Positions 38,560-52,080 of a DNA stretch of 64,000 nt are shown here, in pieces. Position 1 is the first letter of the stretch. The number at the start of each line of letters is the position of its first letter. The notes beneath the pieces were generated by a model. The model saw only the letters and a list, made by a program, of their open reading frames with translations, ran no database searches and had not been told where the DNA came from. Both the position numbers and the translations under genes were made by a program. The DNA comes from Hydrolagus affinis (taxonomy: Eukaryota): assembly GCA_012026655.1 (NCBI GenBank), contig JAAILG010000727.1, positions 1-64,000 on the forward strand, written 5' to 3'.

Positions 38560-39200
38560 ACATTAGCGAAGGTGTATGTTTGTGGGTTCAATCCCCGCGT
38601 TCAGCTCCTAGTTCAGGCTGAGACAGCAATATAGTGTTGGGGGATGTTACACTATCAGAGGTGCCATCCTTTGTATGCAAAATTAAATCAAAGTCTCATA
38701 TGTTCAAATGGTCATTAAGGATCTCATGACAATTTTCCAAAAGGAAAAGGAGTTTCTTCTTGGGCCAACAATCGCCCGAAATAAATTGGGGGATTCACTT
38801 CAAAGCTGTGACAATTGTATGACATTGCTATGGCAAATTGTCCGATACAAATTTACAGTTACTGCATTTGACAGCAAATCTTGAAGCACTTTGAGGAGTT
38901 TTTAATGATATGATGCTGTATCAAATGGAAAAAATTATTACTACAAATAACTTGAAAGTTCTGTCTTTGAGTCCCATGAACTCAGAGACCAGGCTGAACA
39001 CTTCTGGAGGAGCACTGCATTGTCCGAGGGGCACCTTTTGGATGAGTCGTTAAAATAAGATCCCATTTGCATAAAGAAAAGGTGAGTTTCTCCTGATATG
39101 CCAGCCAAAAGTCACCTATTCACCTCAGGTTGCTTGTGAAACTTAGCAGTGCTAAGTTTTCTGTATTGCCAACAAGAAACACGGTCACTATACTTGATGC
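38560..39200 (+). mobile_element. Two tandem degenerate family B Deu-SINEs (about 38560-38942 and 38955-39200)
   Basis: Each has caggctga...ga(g)gtgcc/gcacc..ttt.gatg...ttaaa core blocks. The first has B-box gggttcaatccc and the tail. Confidence 0.65.
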
Positions 39201-39639
39201 CGCACACATCACAAAACCCCATTGTAATCCTGTATGCCATGAGTGGAAGCTGTAAAGTGACAGAAATGAAATAAACATTGAAGCAAATAATATGGATAAG
39301 CAAGTGCTCTGCTGTGACCCCCCTAATCATGTCCACCCCAGTTTGCAAGATGAGCGCAAAGCAGCCGTTCATTAAGCAGCCAAGCCATTTCTGATCTACG
39401 TAAGCCTTACAAGGGTTGTTGATAGTGAGGTTTACGTCACGGACAGCTATTGCTAAATGGCTTTTTGATTGGGGCAAACAATTTGCATTTAGTATCAAAG
39501 GTCAGGCAAAGCAGCTGCTGTACATGGCATATTTTAGCATTTAATTTTTCACCATTGAAAAATGTTTGCCTTGTTAAAAACAAACTATTTTCTGCTTCTT
39601 TGGGTGTCATGGTTTCAGGGGCATTGATATCCTTCTTGT

Positions 39640-39890
39640 ACATCATCCTTCTAGGTCTTGTTCACGTGTGAGTCTGGCCAGCGAGTATCAGCAGGCTATT
39701 CACTGAATGATTCCCATTTGGTAGCCAAACGCTGAATGCAGGAGTCACAGGGCAGTAGGCAGGGACAGGAATCTTGGTTGATTTGCCCCCCCACCATTGA
39801 CAGCTAATTGTACAACCCGCTAGTGTCGCCCTGGGTGCAATTAGCTATCTCAATCGAACCTCAATCTTCTGAGTCTTTACAGCTAAGTAC
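39640..39890 (-). mobile_element. Degenerate family C SINE
   Basis: gtgtgagtctggccagcgagtatcagcaggctattc matches the reverse complement of the family body. Confidence 0.55.
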
Positions 39891-42184
39891 TCCTTAGTGA
39901 TTTACCGGCCTGTGAGTCCTCGAACCCCTACATCCAATACTATGCTCCTGTCTCTGAAATTCATTGCCTCAAACCCTCCTCCTCACTGCCTTTTGAATTC
40001 CACCCAACGGCTTCCTTGTTTGACCCAGCCTATGATCACCCTCCCTCCCCCTTCTCTCTTGCTCGGCATTCAACCCTCCCTTTGTGCAGCACTTGAAGAT
40101 GCTATCATGCTTGAAGGCTGCTATATAAATGCAAGTTGTTGTTGATACTAGGACATCTCACAAGGCTGCACAGTGCACGTCATTTGCCTTGGCTACAATA
40201 ACAGATCTGCGAGTGTTAACCTCATTACTTAAATGGAAAGCCCTGAACTCGGGCTCACTGACTGCAAACTATTTTCCTTTGCAAACCAATGTTTGAATGC
40301 AACGGCTCCCTTTAACTTCATTCCAGGCAACCCAAGGCAAACATGGAAAGAACTGACAAATCTAATGGGGATTAGGTCACGCAAAGTGCAGCACAAATCC
40401 ATACTGTGCAATACAACATTAACCACTGATGTAATATTGCACATGTACGCCTAAAATAACTGTGCCTTCTGGAGGCAGGCTGCAGTCAGGCCCTGTTGCT
40501 AAGTGGATAATCTCTTCCTCATTGTTGCTAAGCTATTGCTCCCTTTTTAAAATTTACTCTTACACCTGTTTGCGCAGGAAACCAGGGCAAACCAATAATT
40601 CGTTTTTTAAAAAAAATTATCATGGTAATTCTCTCATGTTTGCGCTCGGGATTTTTACATTTTATTCACATTAAACCGTCAGTGAATTCAGAGTGAGCAA
40701 AATGAGGGACGGCATTTAGAAGCCTGAGTTACTAGTCTCTTTCCCACAAACTGGGCCTTTGTGCTCACACTGAGGTCTTCCTAGCTCGGCTGAAAAGAGG
40801 ATCAGCATCGAAGTTAATTATTCCCACGCACAGCACTATCACAATCCACTTCCAGCAGTTAATGAGAAAAATTGCACCAAAGGATTCTTAACTGGAAAGT
40901 AAGTGAGACAAAGGGATGAAAGTGTTTGAAGGCATCAAGGCTTTGGCAATTCTTTTTTTTATATAAGGTGCAGTGGTTAAACATTACCTCAGGTCTTAGC
41001 TCACATTCACTGCATCACCCACCATTTGTGTTTAATGTTCGGAACAGTTACTATGAAAAATGGAAGTAATTGTTCTAAGAGGGCTTGACGGAGCAGTATA
41101 ATAAACTGGCAAAATCACTGTAAGGAGGATGCATTGCATTTCCCCAATGCAGCCAGCACCTCAAGGCTGAATTACAGTGAATGGCAATTTAAACCTGGGC
41201 CTTTTTTTCGTCGTGCATGGGAAATGTTCAACTCAGTAAGCTTGATGGGAATTGTTTTAAAAATCAAGTCGTTTGTGTCCATCATCTTTGCTGCTGTTTA
41301 AATGTATAACACTGGACTGGCTGTGGCCACTGCTCACTTCACTGATTTGCTTCCCCCGCCCCCATCCCAAAGTGCCTCGTTCTATAAGGCCTTCTGAGCA
41401 CCTAACCGTGCATCTGATCATTCATTAGGAATTAGACCAGGTACCAGCACTGACACACTCCATTGCTGAGAAGCTTAAATGATTGAGGGTAAAACAATGC
41501 AACAGGAGGGAGAGGGGGAGGAAATCATGTTGCCCAGCTGTTTAACGTCCCTTTGCACAAGCAGATGTTAATTCACTGGAACACTGGGCTCCTCCAACAA
41601 GACTTAATATTGAAAAAAAACAAGAATTTAAACTCACACAATTCAAACAGTACAAAGAGAAGGTTGACTGGTAAGAGGCTGACCAGTTAACAGTCAGAGT
41701 GGGCTGGAGAAGGGTCTCTGTAAGCTCAGTTAGCCTAAAGGGATGGTGATGTCCGAGCAAACAACACCCAATATGAACAGTCTTGTTATCCTGCTCTTCG
41801 CTCCAACTTATCATGAGGATCCTCTGAGTGAAGGGAAGATGTCACAAGTTCTGAGGAGAAGGATGTTGGGTGTGGGTAAGAAGCAGACTTTGCACAAGAT
41901 CTTGTCCAAATCCTGCTCCAACGAAGCCATTAATTGAGATGAATTGGTTGCCACAGTGTGAAGTAAGGCTTCACTCTGGCAGGAATCAAACTCAGGTCTC
42001 TCACTTGTAAGTGCTCTAACCACTGAGCTACAGATCTCTGCTTTGAAATCAGAAGTGGAGGCGCATCCTGGGAAGGTGGGGGGGGTTAGGAGAAGTATAG
42101 CACCTGTAACTGTGAAACGTTTGCAAGGAATAGCAGTTTTAAATGTATTTGTTGGCACAGGCAGCAGGCGTTTTGCACACAGCA

Positions 42185-42420
42185 ATGTTACAGAACCAGA
42201 CACTAACTGCACAACCGATTTATTGTAACATTGCTGTGAGAAATGCCGGGAGAAATTTCCCACTCTTTTCATTGAGGACAGCATCTACTATAACTCTGCA
42301 AACCTCCACCCAGACACTGCACTATGGTGCAAGTTGGGACAGTGAACTCAAAGTCCAGATGTGGACTTGAACTCAAAATCTTCTATCCCACAGGTGAGTG
42401 TTACCAAGTGAACCAAGCTG
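42185..42420 (-). mobile_element. Degenerate family B Deu-SINE
   Basis: ggacttgaactcaaaatcttct...gagtgttaccaagtgaacc head on the reverse strand. Confidence 0.5.
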
Positions 42421-42689
42421 ACAGCATGGAAGTACATACTGCAGCTCTGAGCAGCTACAAAGTTAAGTGTGTGGAAGAAACAGGCATAACATTGGATTAA
42501 GAGGTTCCTTCTACATTACTGAAATAACAAAACATAACAAAGATTGTGTAGCACATTCTCTGTTTGTATTGGGGTCAGTGCGAGAAGAAAAATATCATAT
42601 CCTGCTGAGGAACCATTTATCCAATATTTAGATAACGAGGAGGGATTCTACCTACTTGGCTACTGCAAGCCAAAGCCCCAACAAGAAAA

Positions 42690-42952
42690 GTTGTCCTAAC
42701 TGGACATGCAAAGAGAAGCATGTCTGACAGTGCTCTTGATGTTTATGTGGTATTAGCTGGAGGGATTCCATCATTAGCCAAGGGCACATTGGTCTGTCTC
42801 CAAGCCTCAGCTCTCGTGAACCTGTGTCACAATTCCATTCCCGCCCAGGGACATTTCCATATGTAGATGGCTTACATATAGAAAATTCAGTCTAGTTTGG
42901 ATGGTGATGGGTTTTTGCATGTGTCAGACGGGTACTCAGCTGACCAAAACAG
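42690..42952. repeat. Family D repeat copy
   Basis: atttccatatgtagatgg...gtttggat...catgtgtca...gctgaccaaaaca matches 37632-37737. Confidence 0.7.
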
Positions 42953-43939
42953 TGTGGGGCTGGGGGGTGGGGGGGACAGGATATCTTCCCCCAAATACAT
43001 TTCAGCTTTGCAAAATACAAACACGAGGGAGGGGGGAGGAAATTATAGGGGGGAAGGAGACAGAGAAAAAAAAATCACATGAAATTTTCTGTCACAGCTG
43101 GTGTTTGTTAATGTGGATTATTGGGCAAAAATCTGGAGAATAATTGAAAAACGTGGCCAAGGTAGAACATATACTACCCCTTTAAAATAACAATTTGTAC
43201 AGCCAAAGAAATGTTTGAATTTATTTTTGATACATAAAAAGGAGCTTAGATTTGGCCAGAAATTGCTGGGCCCAGCCGTCACTAATTATGCCGAGATTGC
43301 TCGCAAGTTCTCCATGGGGAGAAAAGCCACCAGCAGTTATCTGCTCTGCCCAGTATTCCAGACAAGAAGCCAATCACTAGCAGGGTGGGTGCGACGCACA
43401 GGCTGGACTGTGGCTCGGTGCTCAGGAGACCTGGCAGCTCGCTCCCTTTGTTCAAATCCGGGCCAAAGAATTATCACTGCAAGGCAGCAGTAGCAGGAAC
43501 CAGTAACAACTGTAAACTCTGACCCTCCATTAAATACCTCACTTGTTATGAACTTGCTGAAAGATTTCTCGCTAAAACTTAGGTTAATGCTATTCGTATA
43601 TTTCAGGCTAAGTGCCGCTGGATGGTACTGCCTAAAGTAATGAATGTATTATTTACATTAAGGAAAAATAAGAATCAAACAAGTGTGTGCTGAATGCACA
43701 ATAAATCCCCAGTTATCCGAGCAGCTATACTTGCAGTGAGTGTTTATTCTGTTTATAGAAGATGACCAGCCCAATTTATTTTCCTTCACTGCACATGCGT
43801 ATCCAGCCCTGTTTGTACTCTTGGCACTTAACACACAACAAAGCTGCTCTGTATTGACTTACTTCCGCCACCCCACCCCCCTGCCACACAGAGTTACAGC
43901 ACATGAAACTTCATGTTCTTTGTGATTGTGTTTTTCTAT

Positions 43940-44445
43940 TCTTTTTGCCAATTTTCTCCCCTCTTTCCTTCCTGGGTCTCTGTTTTTCTTGGGCTGAGAT
44001 ATAATTCCCTGGGGCTGACTGCCCTCTGTAAACTCACTCAACTGTGTAGTTGTGGGTGATTCACTTGTAGATGGGTGGGAAATCTCCAGTTCAATCTGAT
44101 TTTGTCCATACTGACTGATGAGCACAACTTTTCAAGGACAGTGAATAGTCCTCAGGAGCAGGACCTCTGTAGCTGATCTTCCCTTCCCCAGTCCAGACAC
44201 ATTGAACCCAGCTGTAATATTTCTACTGCCCCACTAGCTGAGATCTTTAACCCATCAAGAAAACCCCCCCAATAATAAATTGGTCATTTCAATCCACAAC
44301 TGTTTGTGGGACACTTCTATATGCAATTGGCTGCCGCGTTTCGCTCACAAATATACAGTCAATTCACTTTACAGTACATTCTGTGAAGCGCTTTGAAAAT
44401 GTGAAAAGCGCTATACCAAATGCAAGGATTATAGATCAGCTAACT
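43940..44445 (-). mobile_element. Family C SINE interrupted by a family A SINE
   Basis: Host ...ctagctgagatc resumes as agatcagctaact after the insert. Confidence 0.6.
44246..44432 (+). mobile_element. 5'-truncated family A SINE with AGATC target-site duplication
   Basis: High identity to the 29104 copy. AGATC at 44241-44245 and 44433-44437. Confidence 0.9.
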
Positions 44446-44959
44446 GGGAACTGAAGTTGTGCGCTCCTGGTTTCTATTGCTCAGTGCGGATCCCTGACTG
44501 TCCAGCGTTTTGGGACGTCCTCCTGACATGAAAGGTGCTATACAAATGTCATTTGTTGTTGCTGCTACACCAAGGAATGATACAAACATTTCCAATGGCC
44601 ACTTCAAACAAACACAGTCAGGGTAAAAATATTTTTTACTCACTTTCCAAACAATCTCTTGTCAGTTTTAAGTCACTTTAACAAGTAACTAAAGGGTTAA
44701 CAGGTCTCTAGATTCAAGCAGTAACAGTGCCTCTCATCCAATAGGTCTTTGCATGAATAACAAAAGATAAGTGAGGGGATATCTCTTTCGTGGGGGTTGT
44801 GATTCATCCTTACTGTACAAGAACAAAATAAATAATATTTGTATAGCAGCTTTCATGTTGGGACAACGTCCGAAGGCACTAGACAATCAGTGTTTCAAAC
44901 ATGAGCTGAGGTCACCACAGCACATGTTGGAATTCCATAAGTGCCCTTTGCCTCATCCT

Positions 44960-45015
44960 ATCTATCCATCTACCCATCTATTCATCCATCCATCCATCCA
45001 TCCATCCATCCATCC
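44960..45015. repeat. (TCCA)n microsatellite
   Basis: Seen directly in the sequence. Confidence 0.9.
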
Positions 45016-46454
45016 AATCTATAAATCCTACCTTAAAATCTCTTCAATAGACCTATGGTTCCCCTCCCACCATTGAGAAGTACTCCTACGTGAAGGCTGT
45101 TGTATAAATAGCAGTTGTTGATTTTTTACAAACAAAAAGGTAAAATGTGTTATGATTCCTCTGCAATGAAAGCTAAGTGAGGAATCCTGGTGACCAGATG
45201 TATCGCACACCGACGCACAGGAGTTCTGCTCTGAAACAGGGTTGTGTAGGAGTGGAGTTCTGTGAGTTGGCAGAAAATGGCCACAGACTCTTAAGGCTAA
45301 AAAACAGGAGGGTTTTTACCCACCATGACGCCTGAGGTGGAACAAAGTCTCCACACCTTACATCTGATTTTCCTTATTTATAAAGTCCCAATTTGCCAGT
45401 CGGTAAATTGTTCTGTCAAAAAAATAAGCATGACCTATGGTTCGAGAAACAGTAGCCTAAAATTTACCCTGTTAATTAAGCGTAGGCGAATTTCAAGTTT
45501 GTTGCCAATTGTAACAACAACTTGCATTTATATAGCACCCTTCACACTGGGCAGTGTCTCGCAGATGCTTAACATTGACAGAGCATGACACCGAGCTGGG
45601 AGTAAGGGGAGCGAGCCAATGGCCATAAACACGGTGGAAGAGGAAAGTCTTCAAACCAAAGTGTCAGTGTGTTTTAGTGACAAGTCTTGCCATCCTACGC
45701 TTCACAATGCGAGGACGTGGGTAGTGGTTATCTGTGATATTAGGCTGAATCAGTCCAATTATGTTACATTTCACTGCAGGCAACCGTCTGCGGGCCTCGG
45801 GAGTTCCCGAGGATATCAGTTCCACAGACAGACAGCTGTCGGCAGAGAAGTGCCGAACAGGCTCTTCAGAGAAGCAGCAGCAAGTACGATTAACAGTAGA
45901 GAGAATCACAGGTTAATCTTCCCAAAGTACCTCTGGGCTTTCTGTAACGGGTTAGCAGATTATACTAATGATTTCTGGGTTCCATTTGAAGAAGAAACAC
46001 ACTCATTCCATTAAGAGCTTGGAGAAGCCCTGGCAGCATGTCCACACTGCACTGACACATGCTTAAAGGAGCAATCAATCTGCTGTGTGTTTTTTAATGA
46101 GAATCTAGGTGATGACCTGAAGCTCATAGTTCAGTACGTCAATGTTACAGACTAGCAGAGAAACCAACAAGTGGTTCAGTTGATGCTGTGCAAGGTTTTT
46201 ATAGCCTGTAGATTGCATGAATTGGAAACCCAGTTTTATTTTTCATCAGATTTAAAAATTACCATATTTAAAAATACTCATGCCAAATTACTCCAACAAG
46301 ATCCACCTAAAATATGTTGTTTTTGGTGAAGTTCATATTCTCTCCCTGGAGGGATAGACCTTACTTACACAATCCTGGAGAAATTAGGCATGGGTTGTCA
46401 AGAATCAAGACTTGAAATGCCAGAACATGCATTTAGTTACTGCAATAATAGAAG

Positions 46455-47100
46455 TACATTCAAAGCCCTCCATGGCCTCACCCCACCCTACCACTGCGAC
46501 CTCCAAACCCCTACCGACCTGCCCGCCCACTCTGCTCAGCAGGCTCCAGCACCTGCTCATGTCTCCATGACCCACCCCACCATTGGCAGGCAAGCCTTCA
46601 GCCATTCTGCCCCTAACCTGTAGAACTCCATCCTACAGTCCCTCTCCCCTTCCCTAGCCTTCTTCAAGTCCCACCTATAAGTGGGCAATTAGCATCAGAT
46701 CTTCTAAAAATCACAAAGACTGATCAGTAAAGAGACTTTCCTCTCTGAAACAATGAGCTATCTCAATGCTACCTTGGTTATGAGCCTACAACCGTACTTC
46801 TCCCCTTGCCTCTTTCAAGGCCTGTCTTGACCTTCCTTATCAACCATGCATTTGGTCCATCTGCCACCCACTTTGCCCTCCACTCCTCTGTGATCCTAAC
46901 CCACAACTCGAGTGCAAACCCTTCAGTATCCAGCGACTTGGGATGTCCTCCCGAAGTGAAAGCACAATATAAATGCAATGTGTTGTTGTTGCTCAACTAG
47001 ACAGTGCCTTCACCCACTGGGCCATTGGTGGTAGCTTTGTGCTTGGGATGTCCTCCCAAAGTGAAAGGCACTACACTAATGTAATTTGCTGTTGTTTTGT
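46455..47100 (+). mobile_element. L2 3' fragment (TFKALHGLTPPY...), interrupted, with two tandem tails
   Basis: L2 C-terminal peptide. Tails gggatgtcctccc(g/a)aagtgaaa...ttgttg at about 46940-46990 and 47045-47095. Confidence 0.8.
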
Positions 47101-49734
47101 TTTTTGCAGCACAACATTTGTTCTGTCTGCTCATGGATTTTTAAGGACATCACTTGGCTTGACAAAGAGGAAACCGTTTTTTTTAAACGGTCAGTTGGCA
47201 CTCATGGAGGAGGCATTGTGGCTTAGCAGGAACTCGGTCAATGAACACTGGCTGGGAAGACTATAATGTGTACAAGAGCTTGAAAAAGACATTGAATCGT
47301 CTCACCTCCACTTTGCACTCTGCCTGATGAAGTTCTAAATGCAAATCAGAGCAACTTAAAAGCAACTGTTAAAAGACTCTGAAATCAAACATTCATCAAA
47401 GAATCACTTCAAATTAACAAACTTAAATGAGTGGAACGATTTTGATCTGAGTTCATGTGCATCACTCACCCACCAACCCACCCACGAGCGGTCTAGGGGG
47501 TGGAGACGCATTTGGCTGGTATGTGGTGAAAACACAAGCTTTCACTGCCTGGTGTAAAAACGATAACATGTCTTCAAATTTGAAAAATAGATCTGATCCT
47601 GTATACAATGCCTTGCTGTGCAGCTAATTCATGGTATCTTACTGTTGCTTAATATACATGCCTCTTGTACCTGTTTAAAACTTGCCGCTAATCTGCACAG
47701 ACTGTGCCGTCATTAATAGAGTTTCACTGCTGGTTACAGGTAGGCAGTAGGCAGACTCCAAGGGGCTGAGTTTTAGCACAATCATGGCGTGGGCAGCTGC
47801 AATGGTTCTCTGCCAAAGCTACTTTGCATAGATCGGGAATTACTGCAAATTGATAGAATGGGTAAGACCTTATAAAACACCTCCTTTGTTTTCCACCCAC
47901 CTCTCCTCCAGTACTACTGTGCACAAGAAAAGTGCGGCCTCCCAGTGCCTTATGCAAATGGCATCACCATTTGCCAACTGCTCTGTGCTGCCCGGATTGC
48001 TTGAAGCTGTAAAGCTCAAAGGTCGGATTGTGGAAGTTGGGTGAAGCGTGTACAGGCAAATTCAGAGAAAGAAGGTTGAACCACTGAGAGCGGAATGGGT
48101 CGTTGGGGCAGCTGACCCTGGTGAGACTTTGCTCACAGTGAGAGGGGGGTCAGGCTCCTCACGCCCTCTGTTTTCCTGTCCTGTTCTGGGGTCACTGAGT
48201 TGTTTGGGATATTTCTAACTGTTCAGCCATTCCTGCTCAGACCAGTGATCAGCAGCAGACCTCACTCAGGTTTGAACAGAAGCTTAATATAAACGATCCC
48301 AGAGTAGGGTTCGTTTATTTGCCACATAGCCATGTAAATAGAACTCCTCCAAACCCAAGCACAATACGTGCAGCAGATAAGCATTATAAACTCACAGCAG
48401 GCAGAACACAGCTTCATATCCGGCACAGATCAAAGGTTGGCTGCCAAACTACATGAAGTGCTTCAAACGTAACAATGTTTTAAAGCAAATCTAGAGTCTT
48501 TAGCAAGCACTGCACAAATCTGTGTTCCCCTGATTGACTGCAATTTACATGAACAGTGCCCATTTGTTTTTGGCCTCTCAGCCCCCTGCACTTTAAGACG
48601 CGTAAGGTGTGCTATGTAAATGCTATGTAAATGCAAGTTGTTGCAAAGTAACTATTTCTGCCATCCTGTGCTAATGTATGGTTCCACACACTCCGTGCAG
48701 TAATTTGTTCAAATTTTGAAATTCTTCACTTTCAAACGCGCACTGGTTACATTCAGAATACTGGGATTATTTCCTGTCCACAAATTTTATACATGTGTCC
48801 ACTACACTCAGTCAGTCACTGCGCTGCCAGTGAAAGGAAATCATAATAATAAGCCTTGCTTTTGATGTAGCATTCCACGTTGGATGGACATCGCAAAATG
48901 TTTCATAGGATATACTGTAAAGCGTAGTGACTACTATATTTTGTAAGCAAATGCATTCAAGAGAAATCCACATAAGGCATAGTTATGCTACCCAGTGCAA
49001 AGGAAGCGGCATTGCCTCATGCAAATTAATCCGCCTACAATTTTATAGAACAATCAGCAATGCCGTTCACTCCTCTCCCTTTCTGTGAGAAAGTGCCCAG
49101 TCTCCACTTAGCCATTGAAGGTCGGTGTGTTACTGTGCGGTGGGTGCAGTGCTTCAAGCTATTCTACCCCACACAGACCAGCAACAGAGTGCAGAATATT
49201 ATAATTGGCATCAGTGCTCCTGAAATAAAACGGCTCCATCACAATCTAGCTCCCTTACTGTAGAGTGTGGACTGGCCCGCCACTTGGACAAAGAACCCAA
49301 GGGAAGAGAGAACCAAGGGAAAGTGATTCTCTTTAAACATTTGTGCTGAAAGGCAGTGGGTACCCAATTCCCCGAGAGCTCTGCGCTGCCACGGCTTAGT
49401 GCTGAGAGTCGGTTAAAGGGCTCTCCAAGAGCTACAAATAAGCCTCTCCTGAGACTTCTCAACACTATTCATCAACTCTTTCCACCACTGAAAAAAATCA
49501 ATGAGTTCCACGCTGAAAACTGTTCATTATGATGGGAAAAACTCTACAACAAAATTGATCTGTTTAATAATACAACTTAGCACAAAGTTGGAAGAAAGCT
49601 CTGGACTTTCAGATACTGCAGTGACTGTATGTGAATCCCTGCTGGTTGGCCACAGATGCTGCAAGAGTGTGCCGAAAGGAGAGAGGAAAGAGAGGCAAGA
49701 GGGGTTCCCATCCTATCTTGGATGGTTATTTGGG

Positions 49735-49865
49735 GAAGAGGGTTTGTGGGGTTATAGGGAGAGAGCCAGGGAGTGGGATTGACTTTGAATAACTGTTTTC
49801 AAAGAGCCAGCACAGACTCGATGAGCCGAATGGCCTCTTTTGTCCTCAAAATGTCTATGATTCTA
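49735..49865 (+). mobile_element. CR1 3' UTR fragment
   Basis: aaagagccagcacagactcgatgagccgaatggcctc...ctatgattcta tail. Confidence 0.75.
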
Positions 49866-50244
49866 CGATAAAGTTTCACAGCTCACTGTAGCCGAGCAGC
49901 ACATAAGATACAACAAAAATGCCATCCATCAAAGCAGAGCATTGCAAGTGAGTCTCTCCGTGGTTTGGGGCTCACGCAACACAATCTAAATGCAACTTCA
50001 GGTTATCACTTCTGAAAGATCAATGAAAGCCTTAGCTCACATTTCAGTCCGGAATCTCCTGTCCCTCTTTTGAAGGCCTGGCCACTTGCTGGGATACAAC
50101 CAAACGCCCTATTGTTCCTCTCCTCAATTGGCCATACTTCATGTGCTAGCCTAGACACATGTATGCACACACATTTTGTTTCAAACAACATGATTGCGGA
50201 CTTCGCTCAGCAGCAAGTATTACTGTAATGTGGTGCAAGGCTGG

Positions 50245-50668
50245 AACAACAACAAATTATATTTTTATAGCACTTTTCACGTTGGGTGGACATTCCAAGG
50301 CAATGGACAGTCAGTGTTTCAGGGGAGGGGGGTTGTCAGGATTGGAGAAGGTGGGGTGGTGGGGGTGGGGGAAAGGAGGGTGATTGAAAGCTTGGTTGAA
50401 GAGGATGGTTTTGAGATGGGTCTTGAAGGAGGCAAGTTAGGGGGTAAAGTGGAGGGACTGTGGGGTAGAGTTCCAGATCTTGGGTGCAATACTATGGAGG
50501 GCTTTTAAATTGAGGACCAGGATCTTGAACTGTGTCCTCTGTGTGATAAGAAGCCAGTGGAGTCGGTGCGGGCTGCATGGCATGGGCTGCAGAGTTCTGG
50601 ATGATCTGCAGCCTATGGAGGGAGGAGTTGGGGAGGCCGGCAAGCAGGCAGTTTGCAGGGAGTTTGCA
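50245..50668 (-). mobile_element. L2 3' fragment with internal deletion
   Basis: Translates LLAGLPNSSLHRLQIIQNSAA and LHWLLITQRTQFKILVLNLKALHSIAP. (TTG)n tail at 50245. Confidence 0.88.
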
Positions 50669-50841
50669 TAGAGTCAAAGTGAGCTGACTTGCTGCAGGGA
50701 GTACCATTCAACCTCAAACAGGTAGGATATGAAGAGATTGTCATCGCAAGCAACGTTACCTTATCAAGATTTCCCACAGCAAAGATCAATGGGATCAGTT
50801 AAATATTTACAGCTCTAACATGATGGTTTATATCCAACATT

Positions 50842-51142
50842 TAATAATAATAATCCTTATATTTGATACAGTGCTTTTCACTTCTTCTAGTCGTCTCAAA
50901 GCACTTCGCAGAATATACTGTAAAATGAATTGACTGTAAAAACCCGGAACCAATGATGCACCGCAGTGTCCCACGAATAGTCGTGGATTGAAAATGATCA
51001 ATTTATTATTGTTTTTTTTGAGGGGTTATTATTAGGCGTGTGGAGTAAGGAAATTTGCCCAAGGTTTCGTCCTGCCTGGAATCGAACCCAGGTCTCTTGC
51101 TTGCAAGGCAAGTGCTCTAACCACTGAGCTATAGGACTCCAC
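50842..51142 (-). mobile_element. Full-length family A SINE with intact pol III boxes
   Basis: A-box TAGCTCAGTGG and B-box GGTTCGATTCC on the minus strand; (ATT)n tail. Confidence 0.92.
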
Positions 51143-51714
51143 AAATTCCATATTTCTGTCACTCCAATGCTATTAAATTTTATACATTCCCCCCACACAT
51201 CACCTGCCTCCACCTTCCCTGTAGCATTCTGCGACTTACAAGGCAGCCATGGACCTGCTCTCAGCCACTGAGTATGGACAAACTGCACTAAACAGCAATT
51301 AGTCTCAAGGAAAAGTCCTTCATTAAAATAAATTGCATCTAATGAACTCCAATTTACATGTGCTTTCACACACTTGCACAATGTTCAGAACTGCACACTA
51401 TATAAATGTCCTGTTGAATGCTAACTACTGTATCTGCTGCAGACTGAAATGATGCAATTCTCTTGATAGCATAGCAACATCACCCTAGAACACAATTGCA
51501 AATAACGAACCTCCCCTACAGTCTGAAAACAAACGCAAGAGGCAGAACATTTTAAGAGATATTAAAATAGTTTTGTTTATTTTTTTAAATGGCAATGTGG
51601 CCAGTTTCATTTGCAACATTAACTTTTCCAAATGGCTGTCACTCTTGCAAGTTCATCACAGTGTTTCAGAGACTTCATACCAAAAATACAGAGAGTAATC
51701 TGATTTGCGTATGA

Positions 51715-52080
51715 TTTGGCTGGTATAGAGTGCACACTCTCTCCCCAGAGGGGGCAACCCTGCTCTCGAAATACTGCAAATCTTAAGTGTCGTTTGGCAA
51801 GAGCCAAGGCTTGGGAGGACTACTGGAATTTAACTAGTTTAAACCCAAATTCTAGCAATGCAAACATCAGCAAGCTTCCTACTGTTTGTCTAGGTAGGAC
51901 TACCCCACCCATTAGAACTTTGCCTTAGAGGTGGGAAGAATCCTAGCTCCCAGTGACTGATCTGCTTCTGCACAGCCTGCCAACAGGTCAGTTTGGTTGA
52001 TTCATCATCATCACTGCACCGGAATATTGCGAGCCTGTGTGGCTCTGGAACCTGACCGATGAGACTGTCACAAAGAGTCC
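51715..52080. repeat. Family D repeat copy (inverted relative to the 37.3k copy)
   Basis: ttggcaagagccaaggc, aactagttt, cagtgactgatctgc and ggaacctgac blocks are colinear with the reverse complement of 37255-37620. Confidence 0.75.

Noticed and set aside
43360-43460. Promoter (CCAAT box, mild GC enrichment)
   Set aside because: No CpG island and no linked exon evidence.
51060-51142. tRNA gene
   Set aside because: A and B boxes are present, but the sequence continues into the SINE body and has no proper acceptor stem or terminator. It is a SINE head.
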